NCBI GenBank assembly: GCA_003971905.1
Contig: RSEE01000069.1
Span: 186,001-250,000 of the forward strand
Source: Moniliella sp. 'wahieum'
Taxonomy: Eukaryota
DNA length: 64,000 bases
Direction of reading: 5' to 3'
Part shown: positions 37,673 to 50,564 of the stretch, in pieces
Numbering within the stretch: position 1 is the first letter of the stretch
Layout: every line of letters starts with the position of its first letter
Translations under genes and position numbers: made by a program
The notes under the pieces: model-generated
What the model was told of the DNA's origin: nothing
What the model saw: only the letters and a program-made list of their open reading frames with translations
Database searches by the model: none

Positions 37673-39171
37673 AAACCCTTCAAGCTTTGAACTGCTGGAG
37701 CTGCCGGCAGGCCTGGTACACAAGGTGGATTAATTGGATTGGGGAAGCAACGTGCAAGTGTATAGTTGCGTACTGTGTTTGTGGCCAAGTGGCCGAAAGC
37801 TCCGCGTGAGCGTGTGGCGTGAAGCTTCAAGCCTAAGATCTAACTATCATAGGGCAAAAGCTTAAAACAGGAGGTATAACCGGATAACCGGTAATCGCAG
37901 TAACTGGCGGATGGTGACGCGTGACGCGTGACGACGCGACGACGCACACTGCAATGCAGTCGGTGTGTGGCGGGCTGGGACTGCGAGATCTGAGACTGAG
38001 TACTAAAAGCCAATGATTAATGATTAATGACTCAGATTCATTATGCCGAAAGCAGTAGCCGGTGGAGTGGGAGGCAGAACAGGGCAGGGCACGCGAACAA
38101 GGCATTAGGCCTAAGGCCTTAGGTGAGAAGAGGTGTTAGGCAACTGGTCCTGGCTAGATGAAACGCTCCAGGCCTAGTAGCAGCGCTCAGCATCTGGGCG
38201 CTCAGCCTACTAAGCACGTCAAAAGAAGGAAGGTGCGCAAGAGTGTTTTGGGGAGGGGGCTGGGCGCAGACATGAAAGGTGGCGAAGCGTGCTCAGCTGG
38301 GCCTCAGCACTGAGACTCAGTAACTCGGTGCTGAGTTATATATAAGTTAGGATATGCTGTGACATGGGAGTTCACTGAGTGCGGACCGTGGCGGGTGAGG
38401 GAGGTGGTACCGAGGGTACTGGCCCAGCCACTAATAAGCTGCCATAATGCATAATCCATAGGCCTTGGGCGTGCTAGGCCTTTTACGCCTTAGGCCTGAG
38501 CCTCAGGGAGGCACAGGTGTTGCTAAGCTGATGCGCGGATGGCTGATGCACCGGTGGGCGACAGACTGCTCCAGAAGGCCATGGGGCGCAACGCGGCGGT
38601 GGGCACTGGGCGCACACAATGCATCACACACATGGGATACTGTGGCTACGTAGAGCCTCGTGCTACGTATGTGTCCACTGTGTTGACGGTACGTTGCCTG
38701 GCAACCACAGGTCTGCTGCGGACAGGGCATAAAGCAGGCACCAGGGCAGCGGCCACGCATGGCCGCCCGCGGCGTCCCAAGTTCCCCGATTCCAGCACCC
38801 ACAACCCACAACCCCAGGAGAAGACGGACGGGCGGCGGAGGCTAACCTGGCGCCGCGCAATGGCACCTCGCACCTGGCAACTGCTCCCAGCAGCCAGCAA
38901 GCGCAGGCGGCTATATAGGTGCGGCTGCCAGCACCTCGGCCTTTTCTCTACCCCACCCCCTCCGTCTCTCCGTTTCTTCTTCTCTGCGGTTGCCCGGCAC
39001 TTCTTCTGCTCACGCGGTGGCGCTCGGCCTGATATCCATCCATACCCTCCCCCTCCCTCCTTGCCCCGGCCGTCCCACCCACACCCCATACCTGCAGCAC
39101 GACCTCCTCCCTTCCCCTTTTCTTTGTTTCCTTGATTTCTCTCTTCCTTCCCTCCCCTTCTTTCTTTCGCC

Positions 39172-40885
39172 ATGACGACCACCGCCCGTTTTTCCGGCCC
39201 CACCGCCTTTGCGCCTGTTGGGTATGGTACCATCTCTATCTCCATCCCCCTCCTCTCCGTTGCGCCTTTTGTGCACACTCTCACCCCGGCTTGTTTTTGC
39301 CAGCTGTCTTCCCCTGGCACCCACGCCCCCCCACGAACGCTGTGACGACGCTTCGTCAGGCGCGGCAAGCCCCTCGTCGGACGGTATGCAAAGCGAACTC
39401 ACTCAGCCCTCGCGCCCCCCTCACCCCCCGATACGACTCACAAGCCCTCGCGCTCTTCTCGCGGCGAGGGCGACGAATGGGCCCCGCGCCCTCCCAATGC
39501 TTGGATCCTCTACCGCAGCGATAAGAGCCAGGAGCTCAAGCGCCGCAACCTCTCCAACCCCCAAGTCGCCTCCATGAGCAGCCGGCAGCGCCAGGCTGAA
39601 ATGTCGCGCGAGATCTCGGTGCTGTGGAAGAACGAGTCCAAGACCGTCAAGGACCTGTATGCGCGCCGCGCCGAAAAAGAACGGGCAGATCATCGCCAGC
39701 GTTACCCCGTATGTCAACCCCTCTCCTCCCCCTCGCCGAGCCTCCTACTACCGTTTTTTTGCCCCGTTTCCTCACTGTGTATGCTGACCGTCTTCTCTCC
39801 CCTGCTGCGCAGAACTACAAGTATCGCCCCAAGCGCCGGACAGCCGAAGCGAGCAGGAGTATGTATGCGCTGCGGCGTCACAGCTCCTTTGATCCTCTCC
39901 AGCTCTCAATTGCGAGAGAGAAGGGGCCGATGAGCGCAGGCATGTTTGACTCGCGCGCTTCCTTGGCTGGCTACACCTCTACCACCCCGCATACGCCCCC
40001 CTCCATCGCTGCTGCACTTGGCAGCGCACGCGAGCCACCAGACCGGGCCGTACTATGTTCCTTCCTCCGGTAGGGTCCTCCTACACCGTCGCGAGTGTAC
40101 CGGCTGGCCCACACATCGCTTCCACGGTCCAACTGCACCGTTCCACCGCATCTCCACTTTCTTCGGCGCACTTGTTCCCCTCCGTGCCTCTTACCTATGC
40201 ACCCGACTTGGCGCTTTCGGCCCCACCTACGACGGGCCCAGGCTCCAGCGTCGTTCCTACTTTTCCACGGCCGGTTTCCCAACCCGGCCTATCCTCCCGC
40301 CCCTTTTCTTTGGCTACGCCACAGTCGCATGAATTTGACGTGACCTCCACCCCGCTGCCCCTCCTGGGCAAGCCCCGCTTGTCCTCCACCGACTCGTCCA
40401 TATCGGATCTGGCGCCGTACACGTCAAGCAAGCTGGACCCCCCTTTTCTTCTCCCGGTCTCCTCTCAGCCCCTGACGGCGGCGGCACCGTGCACGTTGCC
40501 TCTCAACACGCCGCACCTGGATGCGCCTCTGTCCTTGCTGGATCCATGGGGTAGCCTGGACCCCGTTGACCCCAAACCCACCTTCCGCCCTAGCTTTACG
40601 TCGTCGCACCCCCATCCTCATCCTAATCCTAATCCTCATCCTCATTCCCATTCTCATTCCCATTCTTATTCTCACCACCCCCACCACCCGATCCAACCGA
40701 ATGGGAAGGCCAATCGCCCCTCTCGGCTCCGCACACGCTACCCTCTACTACCTCACTACCTCTCTTCCCGGCCGGCTCGTCTTGTCGGATCCTGCGGACC
40801 AAGACGGGCCCCCAGTCTTTTGTTCTCGTTCTTCTTCCCCTCTCACCACGTCTACTTCTCTCCTGTTCGCCCCGCCGCCGCGTGA
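39172..40885 (+). CDS. Sequence-specific HMG-box transcription factor (MATA_HMG/ROX1-like class)
   Basis: PRPPNAWILYRSDK..QAEMSREISVLWKNESKTVKDLYARRAEKERADHRQRYP, intron 39709-39812, then NYKYRPKRR. TATATA at ~38912. His/Pro-rich C-terminus. The start is tentative. Confidence 0.9.
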
Positions 40886-41967
40886 GCTGTGCTTCTGCGT
40901 GGCTTGGTTTTCTCCTGCTTTTTTGCTTTTTTGCTCTCCACACTTGTCTCGCTTTTGTCTTTTTTTTTGCTCGTTCACGACCCCCCTCTCTTCTATGCTC
41001 GCATCTTGTTGGCCCAGGTTAATTTGTCTCTCCGTTCCACGGTCGTGCCGATCGATACACAGTTCACCGTTCACCGTCCACCCTCCCCCTATGCCACATG
41101 CGCCCGTCTAATAATGCTGCTGTCAAGTCGCCGGAATAATGTATTCGCTCTGCCCTTCCTTGGGCTTTCCATACATGATGCGTCTTCTCTGACCATCTCA
41201 TAATATCTCGCACTATAGTCCCTCTCTCCTTCCCTCCCTTCCTCTCTCTCATGGAGTGCCTAGCCCAGATCGCCGAACCGGCGCACGAGGTGGGAGAAGA
41301 ATCGTTTCCCACTCGTCCTCAATTGCTGACCGTGAGGTCCCTGTGTCGCCCTCCACATGGGCTGCCAGGTTCGGGGTGCACGGTGCGCCACGGTATTATG
41401 GGACCATATCGCTCTGGCGCGGCCTGTTGCAACGGCCTGGGGGGGGCGCGTGGACCCGTGCTAACCTACTGCGGCGCGCCTCGAATCAACCGTATCGCAT
41501 AAGGATCACCTCAGGCCTCAACTGATACCACTTCCAGAACATCAGACCAGTGGCGCGTCCGTTCGCTCAGCCAGCTACCCCAGTGCGCAGAAAATGATCA
41601 GTGTGAATTGCCCCCCCCCCCCGCCCCCCCCGGGCACCGATTCACCGCATTCCCCGACCAAAACGGGACCTGCTTCCCCCCTGACTAATGCCTGCTATAT
41701 ACGAATCAGCATAACCACGGCCGGTACCTATTCCTCCCCGCCCTCACCTCTTCCCTCCTGCATACGATGCCTACATGACCTTTCCCCTGTTCTATCTATC
41801 CACCGCTTCTCTCGACTCGGCCCCCACACGCTCTCACAACGTTCACGCGATCCGTCATTACAACACTACTGCCTTGCTCTAGCTCCAGAGCAGAACAAGC
41901 ACGCCGTCGCAGCCGTCGCCGTCCAAATGCCACAGCATGGGCACGGGACCGGCAACGGCCCGAGGCT

Positions 41968-44217
41968 CTAGGCACAGGGAAGGGACATGGCGCCTCGGTC
42001 CCGGCCCGATCCGGCCTCACCGTCGACGTGTACCCGTCGTGGGCGTCGCCTGGCCCTGGCCGGACAGGCTGGAAGCTGATGCGCGTGGGCCCAAGGGGTG
42101 GTGGAGCAGTGCCGAGGCTGGTGCCGGGGCTGGGGTAGCCGTGGTCCTGCGTGGCTGCACCGACGCGCGCAGGGCGAGCGAGGAGAATGGCGAAGAGTAC
42201 GCGATTGGGTAAAGAACAGTCTCAGTTCCCGCGCACCCACATTCTCAATCGAATACGCATTGCCGCGCGGGACGAGGAACATGCCGCCCGGCGCAATGGT
42301 AAATGCGCTGCGGCCGACTTTGTTAAGGGCGACGCCTTGGATTACCACAAACACCTGTTGGATCCCGTGTTAGTCAGTTGATTGGCCTGTCCCCTGCCCA
42401 ACTCAAGGGGGAATTCGAAGGGGCACGTACATAGTGTTGTCCTTGCTAGACTTGGTCGGTTTGCTCCCGCCGACCGGAACGGACAGCACGCCGGCGGCCA
42501 ACGCATCGTCGGCACTCAACAGCTTTTCAAACCCATACGTCTGGCCTTCGAACGTACGTGGGTTCATCTGCATCGACGTGCACGCAATCGTTCGTTCCAC
42601 TTCTTGGTTCAGATCGGGATCCCACACCACCTGAACCCGCTCCGTCGCTTCGTCCATCCCATCCTCCACCGCCACATTGTCCGCTGTCGGGTCCAGCTCA
42701 ACAAACCCATCGTCTTCGTCGGCAGAAAGCACCTCCTGGTCCTCCCCGTTCTGCTTCGCCTTTCCATTCGCCGCGCTGCCGATCCCCCAGTCCGTCGGAC
42801 CGCAGCTCTGGCTTTCTTGCCCTTGTGGAAGCGCAGCCCGGAAAAGGTCCCTTCGTCCTCCGCCCGATTGACACGGTACACTCGCCGCAACGTCGGACCC
42901 GGCACGCCTGCCGTCTCCCCCTTTCCCAAACTCGGACGACCGTACTCGGCTCGCTCGCCACGCCACCATTCCAGCGGCTTGATCCGATGGCGCGTTCCGC
43001 GTCGTAGCCCGCCATCGGCTTCGGCCTCCTGCCCTTCCCTAGCCAGTTGCACCCTCTCCTCTTCCAACCGGGCGCTCGGGTCGGCGGGACGAGCACGGGG
43101 TGCCTTGCCGGTCTTACCGCCCTTGGCTGCTCCACGGCGGCGCGGAACAGGAGCAGGAGCAGGCACATCTTCTCGCCTCACTGCCCTCACCAGCATCGGC
43201 ATCAGTGTCGGCATCAGCTTGCGGTAGCTCGTCCGGGAGCTCGGGGGAGAGCTCAGGGGAAGGCACGGGATGCTTGCGCGGTCGGCCACGCGGCTTGGCC
43301 TTGGGCTTCGGAGGCACCGCCGTCGGGGACGGAGCATGGCTTGGTTGGGTTGCTTTTGCACGCCCACGCGCAGGCGCCGTCTTGGTTGTCGGTTTGGTCT
43401 TGGACCGCTTGGCCGGCGCAGCATTCACTGCTTGTCCTCGGCGTTTCCGCGGAGGGGGGGACGCATCCTCCTCATCTTGCTCCTCCTGCTCTTCCTCATA
43501 TTGTTCGTGTTCGTGTTCTTGCTCTTGCTGTTCCACTTCTTTCCACGTTGCACGGCGAAGAGATGCGGGTTGGACCGGACTGCGCGTAGCCGCCGGAGCG
43601 CGTTTGGCCGCCCGAGGCTGTGGACGCGTGCGAGGCCGGGACGAGGAGGCCGGCTGTTGTGAAGCGGGGCCAAGGCCGAAGCCAGCTCTTCATCATCATC
43701 ATCGTCGTCGTCGTCGTCCCCTGGCTCAGCCTCGGCCATCCAACTGTAATTGCCGGGCTGGGGCTGACGGCGCGTACGCGTACGCGTCGACGCGGCGGGA
43801 CGCACGGAGGTGAAGAGGGAAACTGGCTGATCGATCGCGGGGTTGCGGCGGCGCTGGTCCGAGCGACGGGCCGAACGGGGGGGGATCGCTTCCTCTTCCT
43901 CCTCGGAAAGCAAGGGGGACAGCGCGTCGTTGGCAGTGAACACGCGTCTCCTCTTCCTCCACCACCTCCTCCTCCACAGCAGGGGGGAGGCACGGTGTTG
44001 GTGGCGGCGGCGGTGCTCGATGCTGCGCTCGACGGCGGCGCTGGGGGTCGCTGGGCGGGGCAGTGTCCATGTCGGTGGTGCTGCTGGGGTTGGCGGCGCG
44101 GGTGCGGAAGAGGGACTCCATCTGGGCGCGCATGGCGGAGGGGTCGGCGGGGATGGCGTCGGGGCGCATGCCCGTGCGGCTGCCGACGCCGCGCTCGTAG
44201 AAGCGGTGGGTGGCCAT
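41968..44217 (-). CDS. MIF2: Inner kinetochore protein CENP-C/Mif2
   Basis: CENP-C motif GLRRGTRHRIKPLEWWRGERAEY. C-terminal cupin (FEKLL..AAGVL..KPTKSSKDNTM, FVVIQG..GGMFLVPRGNAYSIEN..LFFTQ). N-terminal GVGSRTG. AT-hook-like PRGRPRK. Ends approximate. Confidence 0.9.
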
Positions 44218-44543
44218 GGGCGGCGGGGGCGGCGGGCGGGGCAGACGCGGCGGAGAGGCGACGGAGGCGGGAGCGATGCTGCGGACGCGCCGGACGGCTT
44301 CCTTGGTGCGCCCGACGCGCCGCCCAGATGCGCCGGCGGCTCCGGCGTGGCACCAGCCACTTACCTCAGCCGCCCCGCCCCACACTGCCCCGCCGCCGCG
44401 CGCACCAACCCTAGCAGCCCGCCCCGATCGGCCCACGTCACGTGCACGCGTCCGCTATCGAACCCACTACTTATGTCCTGACCCGCCCTGCCCCTTGCCA
44501 GTCGCAGTTGAACCAATCCATTCAGGCACCCCCACCCCCATCC

Positions 44544-46430
44544 TTAGTCCTGCAGCGAACGGAACGACTCGGCAATGTCCTCGTTGAGCTTGTTGTACAC
44601 CGCATGTACTTGGCCTCGCCCTCTTCGGCGACTCAAACTTCTGCTGCGTCAGGCGATACAGGATCTCCGACGAGTGGTCCTTGATTCGCGCCCACGTCAG
44701 GTCCGGGTTGTTGGCCAGCGCCGCCTGTGCCTTCTCGTGGTAGTCAATCATGTTCTTCAGCATCGCACTCGTCTTGCTGAATGGCGAGAAGGCGTCGTAC
44801 TCCGAGATACCGTTCTGCGCCAAAAAGTCATTCTTAAACATCGCCGCCACATCCAGCGTGATCTTGTCCCCCTCGCCCAACGCCGACTTGCCCACCAGCT
44901 GCACAATCTCCGCCAGGTCCGTGTCCTTCTGCAGCAGCGACTTGGCCTTGGACCGGTACTGCGTAAAGTCACGCTGGCACGCGTCGTACCAGCCCTCCAG
45001 CGGGTTCAGGTACTTGGAGTAGGACAGGTCCCAGTTGACCGACGGGAAATGCTTGCGCTGCGCCAGCTTCTTGTCCAGGCCCCAGAATGCACCGACAATG
45101 CCCAGCGTCGCCGACGTAACCGGGTCGGAAAAGTCACCGCCGGGCGGGGAGACGGCTCCGACAATACTGACACTGCCTTCGCGCTCGGGACTACCCAAGC
45201 ACTTCACCTTGCCCGCACGCTCATAGAAGGAGGCAAGCTTGGCACCCAGGTACGCAGGGTACCCCGAGTCGGCCGGCATCTCAGCCAGACGACCCGAGAT
45301 CTCACGCAGCGCCTCGGCCCAGCGCGACGTCGAGTCGGCCATCATCGCTACATTGTACCCCTGGTCACGGAAGTACTCGGAGAGCGTGATACCCGTGTAG
45401 ATCGACGCCTCACGAGCGGCGACGGGCATGTTGGAGGTGTTGGCTACCAGCGTGGTACGCTTCATGATCGGATGCTCCTCTCCATCCTTAATGAGGGTAA
45501 GCTCAGGGAACTCAGCCAGTACCTCAGCCATCTCGTTGCCGCGTTCGCCGCACCTATGAAAGGGGGGTGTCAGTAGGAATATCTAGGGAGGGGGGGCGGG
45601 CAGGTTCAGCATACCCAACGTAAGTGATGATATCCGAGTTGGAGTACTTGGACAGCGCTTGGGAAATAACCGTCTTGCCGCACCCAAAGGCACCGGGAAT
45701 GGCGGTCGTACCACCCTGGATACCGGGGAAGAGAGCATCGAGGATACGCTGGCCCGTGAGAAGAGGTGTGTCCGACTTGAGCTTCTCCGCTGTCGGGCGC
45801 GGAGCACGGACAGGCCAGAGCTGAAGCATCGTGTGCTGGTCTTCACGCCCTGGAACTCCGTCTCCAACCTACATCCTCCACATTGTATGAACCAGCCTCG
45901 GCAATGTGGGTGATGGTGCCCATGGCACGCGGCCCAAGCATGAGCTTGTGGTCCTTCAGCAACGCATTCTCAAACACGGAGCCGTAGATGTCACCGCCCG
46001 AGATGTGGTCGCCGGTCTTGAAGTTGACCGGCTTAAAGTCCCATTGCTTGGTGCGGTCCAGGGCCTGGGTGTTGATGCCACGCGGAATGTAAATACCGCC
46101 GCTTTGCTTCATGATGCCCTCGAGCGGGCGCTGGATACCGTCGTAGATGTTCTCCATCAGACCGGGGCCTAGCTCAACACTCAGCGGTTTGCCGGTCGAC
46201 AGCACGGGGTCTCCAACGCTGACGCCGGACGTTTCTTCGTACACTTGGATCGTGACCTTGTCCTTGTCGATACGGATGATCTCGCCCACGATTCGTCGTG
46301 ACCGACACGGACCAGCTCGTACATCGACGAGCCAATCATGTTCTCAGCAACGACGACGGGCCGGAACTCCGAATACGGAGCCGAAGCGGGACTCGCGCTC
46401 GTCGCGGATCTTGGCCAGGCCGGCAGACAT
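44544..46430 (-). CDS. VMA1: V-type H+-ATPase catalytic subunit A, no intein
   Basis: [18 protein letters not shown], Walker [24 protein letters not shown] across intron 45554-45614, [30 protein letters not shown], ending RSLQD*. Confidence 0.97.
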
Positions 46431-46675
46431 GGCGGGCAGAGCGGAGGGAGGGGAAAAGACAGAGGGTGGTGGTGGTGGTGATGGTGGTTCGAGCGCCCAC
46501 CTGCGCCGGCGCTCTGCCTCGCCTCCCCCGGGCGGGCGGCGGCCCTTTTCGAACTGCCCCAGTACGTAATCCGCCGCCGAATTTCGCCCGCGAAACATTT
46601 CAACTAGGCTGCTTGGGATGGCCATCCGCCCGACCCGCTTTTTTTTGTGGCAGTCGCTCTCTTCCACCAGCCAGC

Positions 46676-48477
46676 ATGTCGGCCACCGCCACCGCCACTG
46701 TCCCGGCCCCGTCACCCCCGCCGCCCCGGCCCCCGCCAGCACCGCCAGCACCGCTGAGCAGCTGCTCCGTGTATGCGCCGATGTGGCTGCGCGCCTTGTC
46801 CAGGCCTACGAGGCTGGCGAGACGGTCAACCTCAATGCGCTGCGCCAGGACAGTGCGCGCAAGTTCCGCATGAAGGGCGTTCCCAAGCTCACCGACGTGA
46901 TTTCCGCCGTACCGGACCAGTACCGCAAAGAACTGATGCCGCTGCTCAAAGCCAAACCCATTCGCTCTGCCAGCGGCATTGCTGTTGTCGCCGTCATGTG
47001 CAAGCCGCATCGGTGCCCTCACATTGCGTTGACAGGCAATGTGTGCGTCTACTGTCCTGGCGGGCCCGATTCGGACTTTGAGTACTCGACCCAGTCCTAC
47101 ACTGGCTACGAGCCGACGTCCATGCGTGCCATTCGGGCACGGTATGACCCGTTTGAGCAGTCGACCGGGCGAGTGCGGCAACTGCGTGAGTTGGGACCTG
47201 GGACAAGGTCGAGTACATCATCATGGGCGGGACGTTTATGAGCTTGTCGCAGGAGTACCGTGACACCTTTATTGCACAGCTGCACAATGCTCTGTCGGGA
47301 TACACAGGACTGGACGTGGATGAGGCGGTACGCTATTCGGAGCGGGCGCAAACCAAGTGCATTGGTATCACCATCGAAACGCGGCCAGACTACTGTTTGC
47401 GACCGCACTTGTCCCAGATGCTCCGCTATGGCTGCACACGTCTCGAAATTGGCGTACAGAGCGTGTATGAAGATGTGGCACGCGACACGAACCGTGGACA
47501 CACAGTCAAGGCTGTCTGCGAGACGTTCCACCTTGCCAAGGATGCTGGCTACAAGGTCGTGGCTCATATGATGCCCGATCTTCCTAATGTTGGGGTGGAG
47601 AGGGATATGGAACAGTTTAAGGTACGTTTTCTTTTTCTTTGTCTTTTTTCCCTCTTCGTTTTTCTGCTACGCGATAGTAACTCTCTTCCCCCTCTGCAGG
47701 AATACTTTGAAAACCCAGCGTTCCGATCGGACGGCCTTAAAATCTACCCCACGCTCGTGATTCGGGGACGGGGTTGTACGAGTTGTGGCGGACGGGGAGG
47801 TACAAGAACTACACACCTTCCTTCTTGGTCGACCTTGTGGCCCGCATCCTCGCCCTGGTCCCGCCATGGACCCGAGTTACCGCGTGCAGCGGGACATCCC
47901 CCATGCCCCTCGTTACAAGCGGGGTGGAGAATGGCAACCTACGTGAACTGGCATTGGCGCGGATGAGGGACTTTGGCGTGTCATGCCGTGATGTCCGGTA
48001 CCGCGAGGTGGGCATCCACGAGCTGCACCACAAGATCCGTCCCACCGAGGCCGAGCTGATCCGGCGAGACTATACGGCGAACGGGGGCTGGGAGACATTT
48101 TTGTCCTATGAGGATCCAGAGAAGGACATTCTGATTGCGCTCTTGCGACTGCGCAAGTGCTCCAAAGAAGGTACTTACCGCCCCGAGTTGACAGCTCAAC
48201 CTTCGAGTATTGTGCGCGAACTGCATACGTACGGCTCGGCTGTTCCCATCCACAGCCGGGACCCGACCAAGTTCCAGCACCAGGGCTTTGGCACACTGCT
48301 CATGGAGCGGCGGAAAAAATCGCGCGCGAAGAGCATGGAAGCCACAAGCTTGCCGTCATCTCGGGTGTGGGAACCCGGGATTACTACCGCCGCCTGGGGT
48401 ACGAGCTGGACGGACCGTACATGAGCAAGATGCTCCGCCCCGAGGAAGGGGAGACGCTAGAGGATGACATGTGGTAG
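46676..48477 (+). CDS. ELP3: Elongator complex protein 3 (radical SAM + GNAT)
   Basis: [101 protein letters not shown]. Intron 47622-47699. Confidence 0.97.
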
Positions 48478-49026
48478 AATGTGATTATGCTTCCACACCC
48501 TGCGATGTAATACCCACCCGTGGGATCCTGGCCTGCGATGCATGGTCAACGTGGTGGGCAGGTGGGAGCGACAATAAGCCATCTGGCTACAAACAATAAC
48601 AAGGCAGCCATTAGTGTCTCTTCGCACGTTCGCACACCCGACGCGGAATTAATCAGGGCCACTGCGCCGGGTCACGTGGTCTTCCCCAAAGCTGGCCCGC
48701 CTGCTCTGCCCGGCTTTCGGTTGGGCGGGAAGAGTAGCGCCGTGCGGGGCGATCGACCACCCAGGATGACCTCATTAAGCTTGACCACATCGCCTCAGGC
48801 GTATGGAGACAACCGCAACCGCAACCGCAACGCCAGCGCCATCGTCAACGACGGCCACAATACACCAATACGACATTGGCGGCAGCCAACCACAGCGTCC
48901 ACGACAACCGCACGTTTTGTTTCCGCATCGCCCCCATCGCCGTCACGCGCCGCATCGGACTCCCAGGGTACCCACTCAGCGTGCACACGAATCCATCCGC
49001 CCTTCTTTCCCTGTTCTCGTCTGCGA

Positions 49027-50564
49027 ATGTCTCCCATCCTGGCAACGCCTCCCGCTCCTGCGCCTCCCCGCCCTGGGTCCACCGCAGAAGTGGAGGATGG
49101 GGTACTGAATTCGGACAACCAAGAGCTGGATGGTCTGCATGGTGCGCCTCCTCCCCTCTGGCCGGCCCGGGTCCGCACAGCTGACCCCTGCCGCTTTAGC
49201 AGACGCATCCTCTCTGAGCGCGACTGACTCGGGCACCGACTGCCTCACGTGGATTTCCTGGTTCTGTTCCTTGTCCGGCCACGAGTTTTTTGTGCATGTG
49301 GCCCAGGAGTTTATTCAAGACGACTTTAACATGACGGGCTTGCGCGCCGTTGTGCCCTACTACCGTGAAGCGATGGAGATGATCCTCGATATTGAACCTG
49401 GTGCGTTCGCCCCTTGGCTTGTACGAGAACCGGTGTCGTCCACGAAGGTCCCGACGCTGACCCCCACTTACCCCTTAACCAACCCCGCTGGTCCCAGAGG
49501 AAAGTTCTTCCCCGGCCCCTGACATTGCCATGGTCGAATCCTCGGCGGAACTCTTGTACGGCATGATCCATCAACGGTATCCTCACCCCACCTGGCATGC
49601 AGCAAATGGCAGTCAAGCTGGAAGCTGGTGTGTTTGGATGTTGCCCGCGCGTGTACTGCGAAGACCAACCGGTCCTACCGTGTGGACGGTCGGACACGCC
49701 GGGCATTGATGCTGTCAAGCTATTTTGCCCTAACTGCATGGACCTCTATACCCCTGCTTCGTCTCGCTTTTATCGTATTGACGGTACGTTTTCCCCGCGG
49801 CCGTCTTGGTTTTCCTGCCGTGTGGGCCGGCGACTGACACGGCGTGCGTTCGTGCAGGATTCTCCTTTGGGACCACCTTTGCCCACCTGATCCTGCAAGC
49901 ATGTAAAGACCTCGTCTCGAGCCCCATTGCCTCGCTCGCCCTCCGCCGACGACGCCGACGACGAGGTTCCGCCGAAGCGGGCGGGAGCGAGCAAAGCGAG
50001 GAAAGCCAAGGGGAGCACGAGCCGGTTCCACCTGGCGTACCCGACGAGGGAGAAGGCATGGACGAAACGACGCTGGGCCAAATGGGAGGCTTCCCCGACG
50101 GGAGGTACGAGGACCTGGACCTACCGCCGAGCCAACTTTCGACGGGCGTGCCCACTTGGCGGACGTACCAGCCGCGGATGTATGGGTTCCGCGTGTCGGA
50201 ACTAGCACGATCGGGACCGCGAATGCGCTTGGTGCGTACCCGCCCATATACCTATGCCCAGCTGGTTGGCACGTACGCTCTCGCTCAGTCTGCCCGCCCG
50301 CCGCGCCCTTGGACGAGGAAGAGGCCGCCGAACAAGATGCTCGATGACCACCACCGTCATTCTTACCCCCTCGTCCCCTTTCCGCTTCTGACCCCGCCCT
50401 TACCACTTCCCAGCCCCTACCCCAGCCCCTACCCCAGTCCCAGCTCCCACCCCAACCCAATCCCAACCCAATCCCAACTCCTCTCCGCCCTTCCCACCAC
50501 CTTGGCCCCATCCTCTGTCCCTGGCACCGCTACCCCCGGTCGGGCCAAGTCTCCGACCACCTGA
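49027..50564 (+). CDS. CKB1: Casein kinase II regulatory subunit beta (CKB1-like)
   Basis: TWISWFCSLSGHEFF, FIQDDFNMTGL, AELLYGMIHQRY, zinc finger FGCCPRVYC..VKLFCPNC, IDG/FGTTF, YQPRMYGF. Three short introns. Confidence 0.9.

Noticed and set aside
26800..40885. Mating-type (pheromone/receptor) locus around the HMG-box gene
   Set aside because: I found no STE3-like receptor, homeodomain gene or CAAX-ending pheromone ORF. HMG TFs are common outside MAT loci.
41968..44217. MIF2 proximity as evidence that the gene-free island is a centromere
   Set aside because: The location of a kinetochore gene carries no information about centromere position.
42382..45576. Long plus-strand ORFs antisense to MIF2 and VMA1
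   Set aside because: Shadow ORFs expected from high GC and codon bias.
44544..46430. VMA1 intein
   Set aside because: The interruption at the site is only 61 nt with splice signals; there is no Hint or LAGLIDADG sequence.
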